A stretch of DNA of 63,072 nt, counting the filler, from Octopus bimaculoides (Eukaryota): the NCBI RefSeq assembly GCF_001194135.2. It is 3 parts of 3 records of this genome, joined end to end, with 100 filler letters (N's around TTAATTAATTAA, not from the genome) between each part and the next. Parts side by side here need not be neighbours in the genome. Positions count along the whole stretch, not along the records: positions 1 to 28,823 come from NC_068982.1; positions 28,924 to 51,229 come from NC_068981.1; 1 more part is not named here. The stretch is one strand, 5' to 3'. A model generated the notes under the pieces. That model was not told the origin of the DNA. It made no database searches and was given only the letters and a program-made list of their open reading frames with translations. The position numbers and the translations under genes are program-made. Positions 24,307 to 36,587 of the stretch are shown here, piece by piece. The number at the start of each line of letters is the position of its first letter. Within the stretch, counting starts at the first letter, position 1.

Positions 24307-24307
<1 letters not shown>
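23830..24307 (+). pseudogene. Merlin/ISXO2(IS1595)-like transposase N-terminal remnant
   Basis: Cys-pair segment PCHRC...FRCP.KGCQ, then TVNDWYEMCRE and GKMVG...IEIDEARFAG (first catalytic Asp motif); truncated at a (CAT)n tract. Confidence 0.72.
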
Positions 24308-24338
<31 letters not shown>

Positions 24339-24459
24339 GTCATCATCATCATATACACACAGGCACATACGCGCGTGTATTTGTGTGTGTATATGTGCCT
24401 GTGCGTGTGTGTGTGTTTGTGTGTGTGTGTGTATGTATGTGTGTGTGAAGGGTCGTTTA

Positions 24460-25876
24460 TCGCAATGGTGCTGAGCGCTCAGCCGGAATTTGTGAGAAGT
24501 ACAGAGTAAGATTCTCCGCAGCGACCACTGGTCACTTTTTTGGCTACACGACTTTCCGAAAAATAGAAATGAGGTAGTAGCAGCCAACAAGGCCACTTCC
24601 AAGAAGATGCAAATAATGAGTGGTGTCCTACAGGGCACTGTCTTGGGGCCTCTAATGTTTATAGTGATCCTATCAGATATGTCCTTATCCACACCTAGAG
24701 CCACCCTCACAAGATATGCAGATGACTCAAAAGTCTCACAGGTAATACAAAACCCTGAAGATGGCATGCACCTGTCGGAAGAGTTAGATGCAATATACAA
24801 GTTGGTTGACGACAACAACATGCAGTTTAATGCTAGAAAGTTCTTAGCCCTACGCTACTGTAGATAAAGTCAAATGCAATGCAGACAAAATACCCTGGAC
24901 TCGGAGGGATCGCAGTTCCAGAATCACAACCTGACATGAGTAGTAATGCATCCTACCACGTGCACATTACGAAGTTGGCAATGAAATGCAGGCAGATGAC
25001 CGCATGGATCCTCAACTTTCTAAACAGAAAAGCAGGACACCCTGATGGTCCTCTGAAGGACATTTGTTCTAAGCCGTCTTGATTATTGGTCACCACATAG
25101 TGTGAAATTAACTGCGGAACTCAAAGTAGTCCAGTGAAATCACAAGAAGCGGATAGCTTCAACGCAGCAAAGTAGCTACTGGGAAAAACTCAAGAAGTGA
25201 AGTCTTTACCCTTTGGAACAAAGGTGGTAAAAATATGTTGCCATATACATCTGAAAAATTTTGCAAAGAATTGTCCCAAATTTTGACGCTGAAAGTTATA
25301 CAAACGCCAGAAATGGCGCCATTACATTTTAATAATACTAAAACTAAAGATGTTTGTGCCTACCCGAAATATCTTAAAAATAGTATATTTTATCTTAATT
25401 GTTTTTTGTATATATATTTTCATACTTAACTTCGGCAGTGCAGTACACATTTTTGTGATATTTGCACCTCTATTTATTAATGAAAACGATTAAACACAAC
25501 TTTTGTTTGTTATTTCTTGACAAAAAAAAAAACGAAAAAAACATAGCTTCTGTGATGTCAACACACATGCACACATTCAGAATATACACACACATATAAT
25601 GAATGTCATGGCGTGTCAATCAACACAAACACACGTCCGCTATCTGTGACATATACACACACATAATCTTTGCCCTCTCTAAAGAAAAAACGTCGACTTT
25701 TTGACGTACACAATAACTTAATCATTTAGAAATATTTTTAACTGAATGTGATTTCAAAAATGTAAATTGTTTGTACAGTAAGTATTTATATTTTAGCCTT
25801 CTTTAAACATACAATATTTTAATGTTTCTTTAAAAATTATTTTCAAGTGAATGACGATCATTCGCTNNNNNNNNNN

Positions 25877-25932
<56 letters not shown>

Positions 25933-26912
25933 GAGAGAGAGAAAGAGAAAAAGGGAGAGAGAGTAAGTGAAGGAGTGTGTTGTCATGTATATGAACATAC
26001 ACCAATACATATGCGTACATCTTTTTGTATGTACGTGTGCACATGAGAGAGAGAGAGTGAACTGTGTGTTCTCATGTATGTGTAAGTGGCACTCTCTCTC
26101 TCTGTCTCTCACACACACGCGCACGTCTATTTCACGTTCATACACCTTTCAATTTAAAATAAAAGTAAATAAATAATTTTTTTTAATGGAAATTAACGAA
26201 CAAAAACCAGCTGATCTGGATGACTGTTCTGAGAGTCAAAGCGAAAGATCACCCCAAGGGAATACCATTACAAAAGAGTTATCGAATGCATTCAACGTAT
26301 CTCAGTTGCAAAGATTTGCCTGCTATTTCTAGCACGTCCTGCTACGAGACGACAGCTATTTGCGATAAAGGACCTGAAATACCTGTTATGTGGTAGCAGG
26401 GCATGCAAGAAATAACAGCTAAATCTTTCCTTTTCTGGGGAAAGGAGCCGTTTACGCGTGATTTCGATATCACGTTCGTTGAAAGCATGCGAAATAACCC
26501 GGGAAAGAAAAAAAACCACGAAACAAAACTCCGTTACTGGGAAACTCAGATTTTCCAGCCGACCCAACGGGTCACGGGTAGTCTAGTAGTACCTAAAATC
26601 TCTCACTTGCAGTCAAAATACATGACTATACACTACAATAATTTGGGATTCAAGGGTCCAGAGCTCTTCAATATATTCCCAAAGGAGCCGAGAGACCCAC
26701 ATGGTGTGAATGTAGACGTCTTCAAAACTAAACTGGATCTCCTACTGTTAATAGTCTCTGATGAGCCAACTTCGTGGCAGGAAGTGGGAATGAGAGTAGC
26801 AGCATCAAACTTTTTCGTTCACTAAATGCCAAATATTAAAGAAGGATGAATGAAAGTGTAGTAACACCAGTTGGCGGTTACCTAGCATGATCACAGCCCT
26901 TGAACTAAAACT
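24460..26912 (+). mobile_element. 5'-truncated CR1/L2-type LINE (RT and 3' end), interrupted by a Helitron at 25327-26586
   Basis: SGVLQGTVLGPLMF and YADDSK RT motifs. The frame ...NARNG-HY|IVPKISH... resumes after the insert. ORF ends near 26850, followed by a short 3'UTR. Confidence 0.88.
25327..26586 (+). mobile_element. Non-autonomous Helitron (1260 bp)
   Basis: Inserted between A (25326) and T (26587) with no TSD. 3' hairpin GACCC-AAC-GGGTC (26561-26573) followed by CTAG (26583-26586). The 5' end is TT rather than the canonical TC. Confidence 0.78.
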
Positions 26913-26935
26913 AGTTACAGTGTAACCCCCACACA

Positions 26936-27738
26936 CATTGGGTTGGGGCATAATTAACGACCGTATTTTAAAATTCTAAATTTATTCGAAAATAAGACAT
27001 CAAAGTACGGTTAAAATATTTTTAAATGATTATTCTGGAGCGTAGTCGCCATCTACTTCAATAACTGCTTCCCATTTGCGTAGCAAACGGTCGATTCTAC
27101 GCGTAAAACATTGACGATCTGTGGACACAATCCACGCTTTAACGTCACCTACAAGATCGCCCAAATCATTGTAGACTTTACCCGCCTCCCATTTTTTAAC
27201 GAACGATTGACGTAATAATCTGCAGGAATTTTAGTGGGATATAGTGGGTTTTCAGATAGCTCCCATCTTTTCTCTTTGATTGCTTGATTTACCCGCCGTT
27301 CGACATCTTGTCTCGCGTTGTCATAGTGAAACACGATGTAATTCTTCTTTTGAGGACGTTTGGCTTTGATAGCAGCTTCCAAGCGGTCGAGTTGAGCCAA
27401 ATAATCTTCACTGTTGGCGCAGTGCTGATTTTTTCCATTTCTATCAGTAATAGGCTATTCACATCTCTTATCGTTTTCATTTCACCAATACTTTGTTGAC
27501 GATCTTGAGCGATGATTTCTCAGTGAATAATCCCAGAACGATCGTGGTGAAAGAGTTTTGGAATGCTTTTGGGAGATCGGTCGCGGTTAACGCACCCTTT
27601 TTTTTTTATTCATTTAGCATTCCTGAAGAGTAAGCATGACTCATCAGCAATAACAAGAAACTGGAGATTTTGCTAATTTCGCTGAAGTAGCTGGTTGAAA
27701 ATGCGGACGCGCTCGGCCTTGTGATCAGAGATGACATG
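26936..27738 (-). pseudogene. mariner (DD34D-type) transposase remnant with one TIR; 5' part lost in a gap
   Basis: QLDRLEAAIKAKRPQ..IVFHYDNAR and a decayed YSPDLAP motif; TIR-like attgggttggggcataattaacg at about 26936. Confidence 0.85.
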
Positions 27739-28525
27739 NNNNNNNNNNNNNNNNNNNNNNNNNNNNNNNNNNNNNNNNNNNNNNNNNNNNNNNNNNNNNN
27801 NNNNNNNNNNNNNNNNNNNNNNNNNNNNNNNNNNNNNNNNNNNNNNNNNNNNNNNNNNNNNNNNNNNNNNNNNNNNNNNNNNNNNNNNNNNNNNNNNNNN
27901 NNNNNNNNNNNNNNNNNNNNNNNNNNNNNNNNNNNNNNNNNNNNNNNNNNNNNNNNNNNNNNNNNNNNNNNNNNNNNNNNNNNNNNNNNNNNNNNNNNNN
28001 NNNNNNNNNNNNNNNNNNNNNNNNNNNNNNNNNNNNNNNNNNNNNNNNNNNNNNNNNNNNNNNNNNNNNNNNNNNNNNNNNNNNNNNNNNNNNNNNNNNN
28101 NNNNNNNNNNNNNNNNNNNNNNNNNNNNNNNNNNNNNNNNNNNNNNNNNNNNNNNNNNNNNNNNNNNNNNNNNNNNNNNNNNNNNNNNNNNNNNNNNNNN
28201 NNNNNNNNNNNNNNNNNNNNNNNNNNNNNNNNNNNNNNNNNNNNNNNNNNNNNNNNNNNNNNNNNNNNNNNNNNNNNNNNNNNNNNNNNNNNNNNNNNNN
28301 NNNNNNNNNNNNNNNNNNNNNNNNNNNNNNNNNNNNNNNNNNNNNNNNNNNNNNNNNNNNNNNNNNNNNNNNNNNNNNNNNNNNNNNNNNNNNNNNNNNN
28401 NNNNNNNNNNNNNNNNNNNNNNNNNNNNNNNNNNNNNNNNNNNNNNCATTTATTTATTTATTCATTTTACTCGGTGGAAGTACAAAACGATTCAAGAGCC
28501 GAGTGTTTCAAGTGTAAGTGCCACA

Positions 28526-28578
<53 letters not shown>

Positions 28579-28705
28579 GCATATACACACATATGTATAT
28601 GTGTGTGTGTGTGTATGTGTGTGTGTGTGCGTGCGTGTGTGTGCGTGTGTGTATATACATGCATGTATATATTATATATATATATGTATGCAATGTATAT
28701 TACAT

Positions 28706-28774
<69 letters not shown>

Positions 28775-28823
28775 TACATAGATCATATATATATTATTTA
28801 TATATATATTATACTAGCTGAGT

Positions 28824-28923
28824 NNNNNNNNNNNNNNNNNNNNNNNNNNNNNNNNNNNNNNNNNNNNTTAATTAATTAANNNNNNNNNNNNNNNNNNNNN
28901 NNNNNNNNNNNNNNNNNNNNNNN
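28824..28923. other. Artificial scaffold spacer N44-TTAATTAATTAA-N44
   Basis: Exactly 100 bp; the palindromic 12-mer has stops in all six frames. Identical construct at 51230-51329. Confidence 0.92.
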
Positions 28924-28948
28924 GTATGTGAAAGCACGTGGTTGGATG

Positions 28949-29186
28949 TATAAAAGATAAACAAGAGTGAAAAAACTACAGAAGGCTTGTGTTACACACG
29001 GGAGTGAAGGCATGTTACGATAAAGTAGAGAAATTTGAAAAGACAACACGAAACCGGTTATTTCTCCAAATACAATGTTTATATACCAAAAAATTTTATA
29101 ACATTTTTCTGACATAATTCAAATATATATTTTAACCATGTAACACAAGCCTTCTGTAGTTTTTTCACTCTTGTCTATCTTTTATA
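28949..29186. mobile_element. MITE with 48-bp terminal inverted repeats
   Basis: 28949-28996 vs 29139-29186: 47/48 match; TA-rich termini. Confidence 0.88.
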
Positions 29187-29444
29187 TATATGTACATACA
29201 TACATACATACATACATACATGCATACATACATACGTACACACAAACACTCACACTTACACACACATATACGTACATACATACATACATACATACATACA
29301 TTATACTTTAATATGAATAATATTCACAGTGACTTCGAAGCTTCAAAGTCCGATGGCGGCTAAGCAGGCCCAAATTTCGACGTCACTGTCAATACTCTTC
29401 TTGTTTAAGAATAAATATGTATAGTTGTTTGTATTTTAATTTGA

Positions 29445-29809
29445 CAAAAGTCGCGAAGCTGGCAGAACCGTTAGAACTCTGGACAAAAGGCTTAGTGGCA
29501 TTTCATCCTTCTTTACGTTTTGAGCTCCAATTCCGCCGAGGTCGATTTTGCCTTTCATTCTTTCGTGGTTGATAAAAAAAATATGTACCAGTCAAGTACT
29601 GAGTTCGACGTAATCGATTTTTCCTCTTTTCAAAAACTGCTCGCCTCGTACCAAAATTTAAAACTCGGCAGGCGTGGTTGTGTGGTACGAAGCCTGCTCC
29701 CCAACTACAAGCGTGGCACCTTGGACAAGTGTCTTCTACTATAACCTCGGACCGTCCAAAGCCTTGTGAATGGAGTTGGCACTTGGAAACTGAAAAAAAG
29801 AAACCCATC

Positions 29810-29810
<1 letters not shown>
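29445..29810 (+). mobile_element. SINE B (29445-29660) directly followed by the 5' half of SINE A (29666-29810)
   Basis: Each part matches its family copies elsewhere in the window. Confidence 0.8.
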
Positions 29811-29884
<74 letters not shown>

Positions 29885-31112
29885 ACACACATGATTGAAG
29901 TAAATAGAAACCACATTAAATTTAATTTTATGTTTATTTTAACCTGAAAAGGTTTATATTTGTTATTAATTGACATTTTTATGTTTCAGGTTCTATATGT
30001 GACTGTTTAATCATGCCACGTAAAAAAAAGAAGTCTAGGAACTGTCCGAATTTCAAAGAGGCCGTATTGTGGGTCAATCCGAAGGTGGACTTATCGTAAA
30101 ATCGCAGAAAACCTTGGGATCCTGCTTTCTACAGTTAATAGAGTAATCGTGCAATTCACCAGAGCGGGGAAGCAGCCCACATCACCACGCCCAGGTTGAC
30201 CGGGTTCCTTTGATAGGATCCTTTGTTTTGTTAAGAGAAGTGTGGAGGATAATCTTCGTTGCAAGGTCTCAGACACAGCAAAACAAGTTGATGCCAGTCC
30301 CAGAACAGTTGTCAGATATCTTCACAAACTTGGCTTCTATGGCAGAGCAGCAAGAAGGAAGCCACTTCTTCGACAAGACAATATCAAGCAGAGAAAATAT
30401 TGGGCCAGTGAGATTATGGAAAGGCCACTAGCGTTTTGAGATACTGTCATATTCTCTGATGAGTCCAGATTTGCTGTATTTACTAACAGTGGTCGAGAGT
30501 GATTCTGAAGACTCTGTGATCAAGAATTTGACGGGAAAATATTGCAGCCAATAATGAAACATGGCGGCTACTCAGAGATGGTATGGGGTGCAATTTGGAA
30601 CAATGGTCGATCAGAGCTGGTAGAGTGTGAGGGAAACATAAACTCAGATAAATATGTGTACATATTGCAGAAAGGACTCCTTCCAATTTTCTCCAGTGGT
30701 GAAATGATTAAAGAAGACTTTTTATTTATGGATTGGCTTGAAGAGAATGGCTTGAAGAGAATGGCATTGAAAAGCTTCCATGACCAAGCCAGTCACCAGA
30801 TATGAACCCTATTGAACAGCTCTGGGACATAATAGACAGCACACTTTGTAAAAAGAACAAGAAAGCATTCTCAAAGCCAGATCTTTTGAGATTACTGCAT
30901 GAAACTTGGCAAGAAATTCCTTAAGAGAATATTCGTTATCTGATCACTAGCATGCCTAATTGGGTCCTTGCATTGAAAAATGTAAAGGGCATGTCTACTA
31001 AATATTTGATATTCACATTATAATAATTCATAAATAATTTGAATGTATAATTTTAGATTCAAAAATAAATTTTAACGACTTTAAGGGTGTCTATTTACTT
31101 CTGTCTGTATGT
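29885..31112 (+). mobile_element. Defective Tc1-family (DD34E) transposon
   Basis: ATG at 30013; ELSEFQRGRIVG HTH start, ARRKPLL, VIFSDES, VWGAI and SPDMNPIEQLW. The second-Asp (QDNA) motif is deleted. TIR remnants gaagtaaataga(a/c)acc at 29897-29912 and 31086-31101. Confidence 0.9.
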
Positions 31113-31139
31113 ATATTCAATCGTGCGTGTCTTTGTACC

Positions 31140-31355
31140 TGAGTTTGCCCCCAAACCCACCAACACCGCTTAACAACCGATGCTGGTGTGTTTACATCTC
31201 CGTATCCTAGCGGTTCGGCAAAAGAGACCGATAGAATAAGTACAAGGGTTACAAAGAATAAGTCGATTTCTCCCACTAAAAATCCTTTAAGGCGATGCTG
31301 CAGCATGGCCGCAGTCAAATGACTGAAACAAGTAAAAGAAAAGAATAAAAGAATA
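31140..31355 (+). mobile_element. SINE family A, 3' half
   Basis: GCGGTTCGGCAAAAGAGACCGATAGAATAAG...CAGCATGGCCGCAGTCAAATGACTGAAAC. Confidence 0.85.
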
Positions 31356-32059
31356 TATATATATGCGAGTGTTGAAATTTATATGAAAAACTATAATCAT
31401 AAATTTAAAATAATATAGCTACCCGGTTCGTCTTTGTGTAGAGAGAACAATAATTAATATATAATTTTCGTGAAAATACAAAGGACCCGTCAAATTTGAC
31501 ACTAACCTCCTGGTGGAGATTAATTGGATGTAGTTAATCACATGATACCCTCCCATACTCACCCACCCCGAGCGCCCCGAGGATCTTCTGACATCCTCGA
31601 TATTTCACAACGAAGTAGCTTTAAGTTTGTAACGATGCTGTTACGTCATAGATACGTAAGTTTTTTTTAAGTTTTAGTTCGAGATGACACTTTCTTCCGT
31701 TAACGACACGATTTTTCATATGGTGACAATATAGCCTAATGTGACATTCTTTTATTCATCTGTCTGAAGTGAAAGGCGCATGCCGCCTTTGGCTACTCAA
31801 AAGAAAAAAAGAATATTAAAACAAGAAGAAAAAAAACGAAAATGGAAAAATAAAAAAAAATTCCTTTACTGGGTTACGAAACACTAATTAGGTTAATACT
31901 GTTAATGTTCAGTTTGAATTATTAAAGGGCATTGACATGAGAAAAACATTAATAACAGAAAAAAATGAATCTGAAAAAACAAAATGAGTTCAAACATGCT
32001 AAGTTCTAGAGAACAAAAGGACGTTACATTTAGTGATATGTCTAGGAAATGAGGAAGTT

Positions 32060-32119
<60 letters not shown>

Positions 32120-32829
32120 NNNNNNNNNNNNNNNNNNNNNNNNNNNNNNNNNNNNNNNNNNNNNNNNNNNNNNNNNNNNNNNNNNNNNNNNNNNNNNNNN
32201 NNNNNNNNNNNNNNNNNNNNNNNNNNNNNNNNNNNNNNNNNNNNNNNNNNNNNNNNNNNNNNNNNNNNNNNNNNNNNNNNNNNNNNNNNNNNNNNNNNNN
32301 NNNNNNNNNNNNNNNNNNNNNNNNNNNNNNNNNNNNNNNNNNNNNNNNNNNNNNNNNNNNNNNNNNNNNNNNNNNNNNNNNNNNNGGTATTAGTATTGTG
32401 ATGGTACTGGTGGAGGTGGTGACACTGGTGTTTGTAGTGGTATTGGTGGCGATGATGATTGTTGTGGTATTGGGAGTGGAGATGGTGACGATAGTGGTGG
32501 TGGTGATGGTTGTGAAGGTGGTGATCGTGGTGGTTGCGGTTTACGAAAAGAAACTGTTATAACAGTAACAAGGATGGAGTCATGACAGCTCGATGCCAGT
32601 CGTTCGACCTGCTAGAAATAGTGACCAAATATTCGTCATATCTTATTCTATCGTCTAAAGAAGGAAAGACACGTTGCGTTTTCTATGTGGTCCTACATAA
32701 ACTAATAAAACAATAAAATAAAATAACCGACGGGGTGGTCACAGAACGAACGCTTTGATCATAGGCTTCCCGGATCAGAACTGATCTGAAGATAAATAAA
32801 TAACAATAGCAGTGTTTGTTGTTGTTACT

Positions 32830-33020
32830 GTATGCACTTTTTGGAAAGTGGGGCAGTTGATTAGATCAGCCCCAGTACGCAACTGGTACTTAATTTATCG
32901 ACCTCGAAAGGATGAAAGGCAAAATCGACCTCGGCGGAATTTGAACTCAGAACATAAAGACAGACGAAATAGCGCTAAGCATTTCGCTCGGCGTGCTAAC
33001 GTTTCTGCCTGCTCACCGCC
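32830..33020 (-). mobile_element. SINE family B
   Basis: Family match. Confidence 0.88.
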
Positions 33021-35001
33021 TCATGAAAATAAGATATTGAATTATTGGTGGTTAAATGAGCGTTAAGAAATTTAACGATATCGGGCCAAAAAGGAAAAAG
33101 AAAGTCATTCGTTTAATAATTTATCGTAGTTAGTAAAAACAAGAGATATAACCTTGAAATTTGTCATTAGATTAGCAACACGAGACATAGTTCGGTCATA
33201 CTAGGGCTCATTGCTGAAATATAATCTTACCAATACTGTCAGACCTAAGATGACGAGGATATACAGAGTGATTTAATGACTGAGTACGGAGTGGTAAGAA
33301 AACTTAGCAAGATGACGAGGGTTAATATCCAGGGATGCCTGTTGCATAGAAAATGAACAGTAAAGTCAAAGCTAACATTCTTAATTTAGAGAACCAAGAA
33401 ATTTTAATAAATTAAAATTACGCTCGTAGTTGAAGAGAATTATCCTTCGTGAAGAAAAACCGCTGATCAGAGCTGAATTAGTTTTTGTAATTTGAAGAGA
33501 AAGTGCAGTCTTTTCAGTGTGCAGAACAACAATGAGAGAATAGTGGAGATAAAGAGTTAAGTATTTATAAGAACGATATTTAGTGTTCATGAGTTGAAAG
33601 TTTGTAGTGTTACGCAGGTACTTGTACTTTGGAGATTGTTTTACGTACACTCTGTTGCTCTTTGATCAAACTGTTAGCAAAAATCCCAATACAGAAAATT
33701 TCGATTGTAAATTAACAATTGTAATTACAGATAATTAAATATTTATGCACACTCGAACACATACACGCGTACACACGAACACATGTATATGCAGATATGA
33801 ACACATATGGATGTACACATGAATGAGTACACATCCATATACATGTGTCTGTGTATGAAACTAATCTAAGTAAGGAAAGGAAAATATGTTTTTCTTGTAT
33901 GTGAAACACACAGTTGAGACTGGTTTTGTATTTTTATGTATAGACCACTTCACATAATTTTCTAAACATCGTGTCATAGCGGTGAATTGATTGAACTATT
34001 TGAGCGTATTTGTTAAACATAGAAGCAACTTTGATTTCATCTGGTATAGCTGTTTCAAAGTTCACTGAATCTAACAGTCTCACCAGTATGAATTTCAGGA
34101 ACGCTAGCACTTTATATGCAAGGCACTTTATATGCTAGGCACTTTATATGCTATACTGTATTTATACAGTATTTCTAGTCTTGCAAACAATATCTGAGAT
34201 TCGTGGCACACATATCGCAGAACCAACAATAAAAGACTGTTTAGGTTCGAAAAAAAAAGGAACAGAAGGAAGATTGTTAATTTAAAGAAAGAAGACGACC
34301 AAAGGCATGATTACATCATGAATAGATTCAGCAGAGTTTATGATAATTGTTCGTAGTGTGAGTTATAAGTGTTTTATTTCTTATTTTGTTAGTGCTGTGT
34401 TAGAAACATTTCAATTTAATTTATTGGTTGTTAGGCTTGTAAGTTAATTTCTATAACAGACAGAGTGAGAAGTCATTATGATTGTCAAAGGAATAATTTT
34501 ACTTTCGTCAACGATCTCCGTGGCAAAAGAAAAGTGGCGAAAGAAATAGATATTAACAATGGTTATTGCGAAGTGAACTAATATCAAGGGTATGCATGAG
34601 GTCACTGAAAATTATTAAGGAACTCAAAGAATTCTTTTCTTTGGAGATGGGACACTGTTATGTGCATCTGTATTACAAGGGTATGTATTTCATGTGCGTG
34701 TGTGCGTAAGTGTGCATGCGTGTGTGTGTGTATGTATGTGTGTCGGTATTTGTGTAGGTGTATGTGTATGTGTGTGCAGAGGGGGGAGAGAGAGATAAGA
34801 CGGGGTAATTGAAGTATTTTCTGACAATTGGGTCAAATTTGGTGCGCAGTGGTTTCAAGGCGATGATATACTGACAGGCCGTATTTAAACATTTGTAGGT
34901 GGGAGTTATTTCGTTTGACGTCTGTGGGAACACTATTATCGCTACAGAGTTGCGTTATCCTGCAGTTGATGTGTTGGGTTTATTGTGTATATGTTGTTGC
35001 A

Positions 35002-35170
<169 letters not shown>

Positions 35171-35393
35171 TTTAGCACCAAGTTTGTTCTGACTGATCAG
35201 ATCTAAGATCAAAGACATTCTAGTCGTTACTATCCCGTCTTTTCAAGCAGAATATGTAAGACTGTCTTATCCAATATGTTCTTCCCTATTTTTAAGACAG
35301 TAATGCGGGATTAGAGAAACATTTGGCTGCTATTTAACAAAGGTTGAGATACCACGAGGCGACTCCATCGTAGGTTCGCTCTGTGTTTATGAG

Positions 35394-35459
<66 letters not shown>

Positions 35460-35829
35460 GAGAGAGAGAGAGAGAAAGAGTAATCTGTGTATGTGAAAAA
35501 TATAAGTGGGAAGCACGATAGCATTAAATGTAGTAAACTTGTGCGCAATTGGGAAGTAACTAGCAAAATCCTTTTTGGTAAAAGCTGCGACACAAAACCA
35601 TATTTTGCTTGGTGGAATTCATTTTTCCAGAATCCCCTTTGAAGAGAACAGTAGTTCTTTAATAAAAGTAAAAAAATTTTAATCTGCATATTGCAGCATA
35701 TCGTTTTCTTCGATTCTCTCAATTGGTAAATTATTTAGACATTACTGGGTCTTGAATCTGATAGTAAGGATGTGAAAACTTGAGAAGTATTTGGTATGCT
35801 TTACCAGAGTTGGAGATGGAGCATATCTG

Positions 35830-36300
35830 TGGTCGTAATCAGCCAGCTTAAAATCAATGTGGACTGTCGTGGACAAGCTGTTCCCGGATTTTGTATCAAT
35901 GTTTCTATGCTGTTTTCAGACTATCGCCGCAATGCCTTTTCTGGTTGTCGACTGTTGCAAGTTCGCCAGAGAAAAGTTGTTTTAGTAAGCACATGGTACT
36001 CATGCAGGAATAACCAGACGAGTAAATTTGTTTGTTTGGTCACAGAGTAAGTATTGATGAGACGTTTGCTTGTTGGAGATCTTCTGTATCTGGAAACTTA
36101 TCATGTCATTTAATATGGAACAGTCTGCTGAGATATGTTTTCAGCTTTCACTGTGGTTCAACCTATCTGGTGCGTCTGTTGTAGACAATCCATCAATGTT
36201 GCTGTTTGAAGTACATCACTGTAGTGTTTAGGTCTAATGTCGCTACTGAGGTTGCTGTTATTGTGATGTGTACTTGAGCATCCGAGCCGTCAATAATGAT
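35830..36300 (-). pseudogene. RTE-clade LINE, 3' ORF remnant
   Basis: Decayed ...WIVYNRR, IKWHDKFPDTEDLQQANV, LLKQLFSGEL and QKRHCGDSLK, resembling the RTE C-terminal region. Confidence 0.7.
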
Positions 36301-36528
36301 GAGGTTCTTATTGAAAAGTTGATAATCATCTGAATGAAAGTTGATAATCATCTGAATGAAAGTTGATAATCATCTGAATTTTTGGACATTAAAACATTAC
36401 TAGTGGGACCCGTAAAAATTCCTCTGAACGAAAAAGATTATGATAGAATGATGGTAGCAGAATGAAGTTCTGAATTTAAAAAAAAATAACAGAACTGCAG
36501 CATGTAAGCGAAGACTTTGTTTGAAAAT

Positions 36529-36587
<59 letters not shown>

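Noticed and set aside
33381-33650. 89-aa minus-strand ORF near a strong-looking acceptor
   Set aside because: The acceptor's frames hit stops, the donor is weak and no motif is recognisable.
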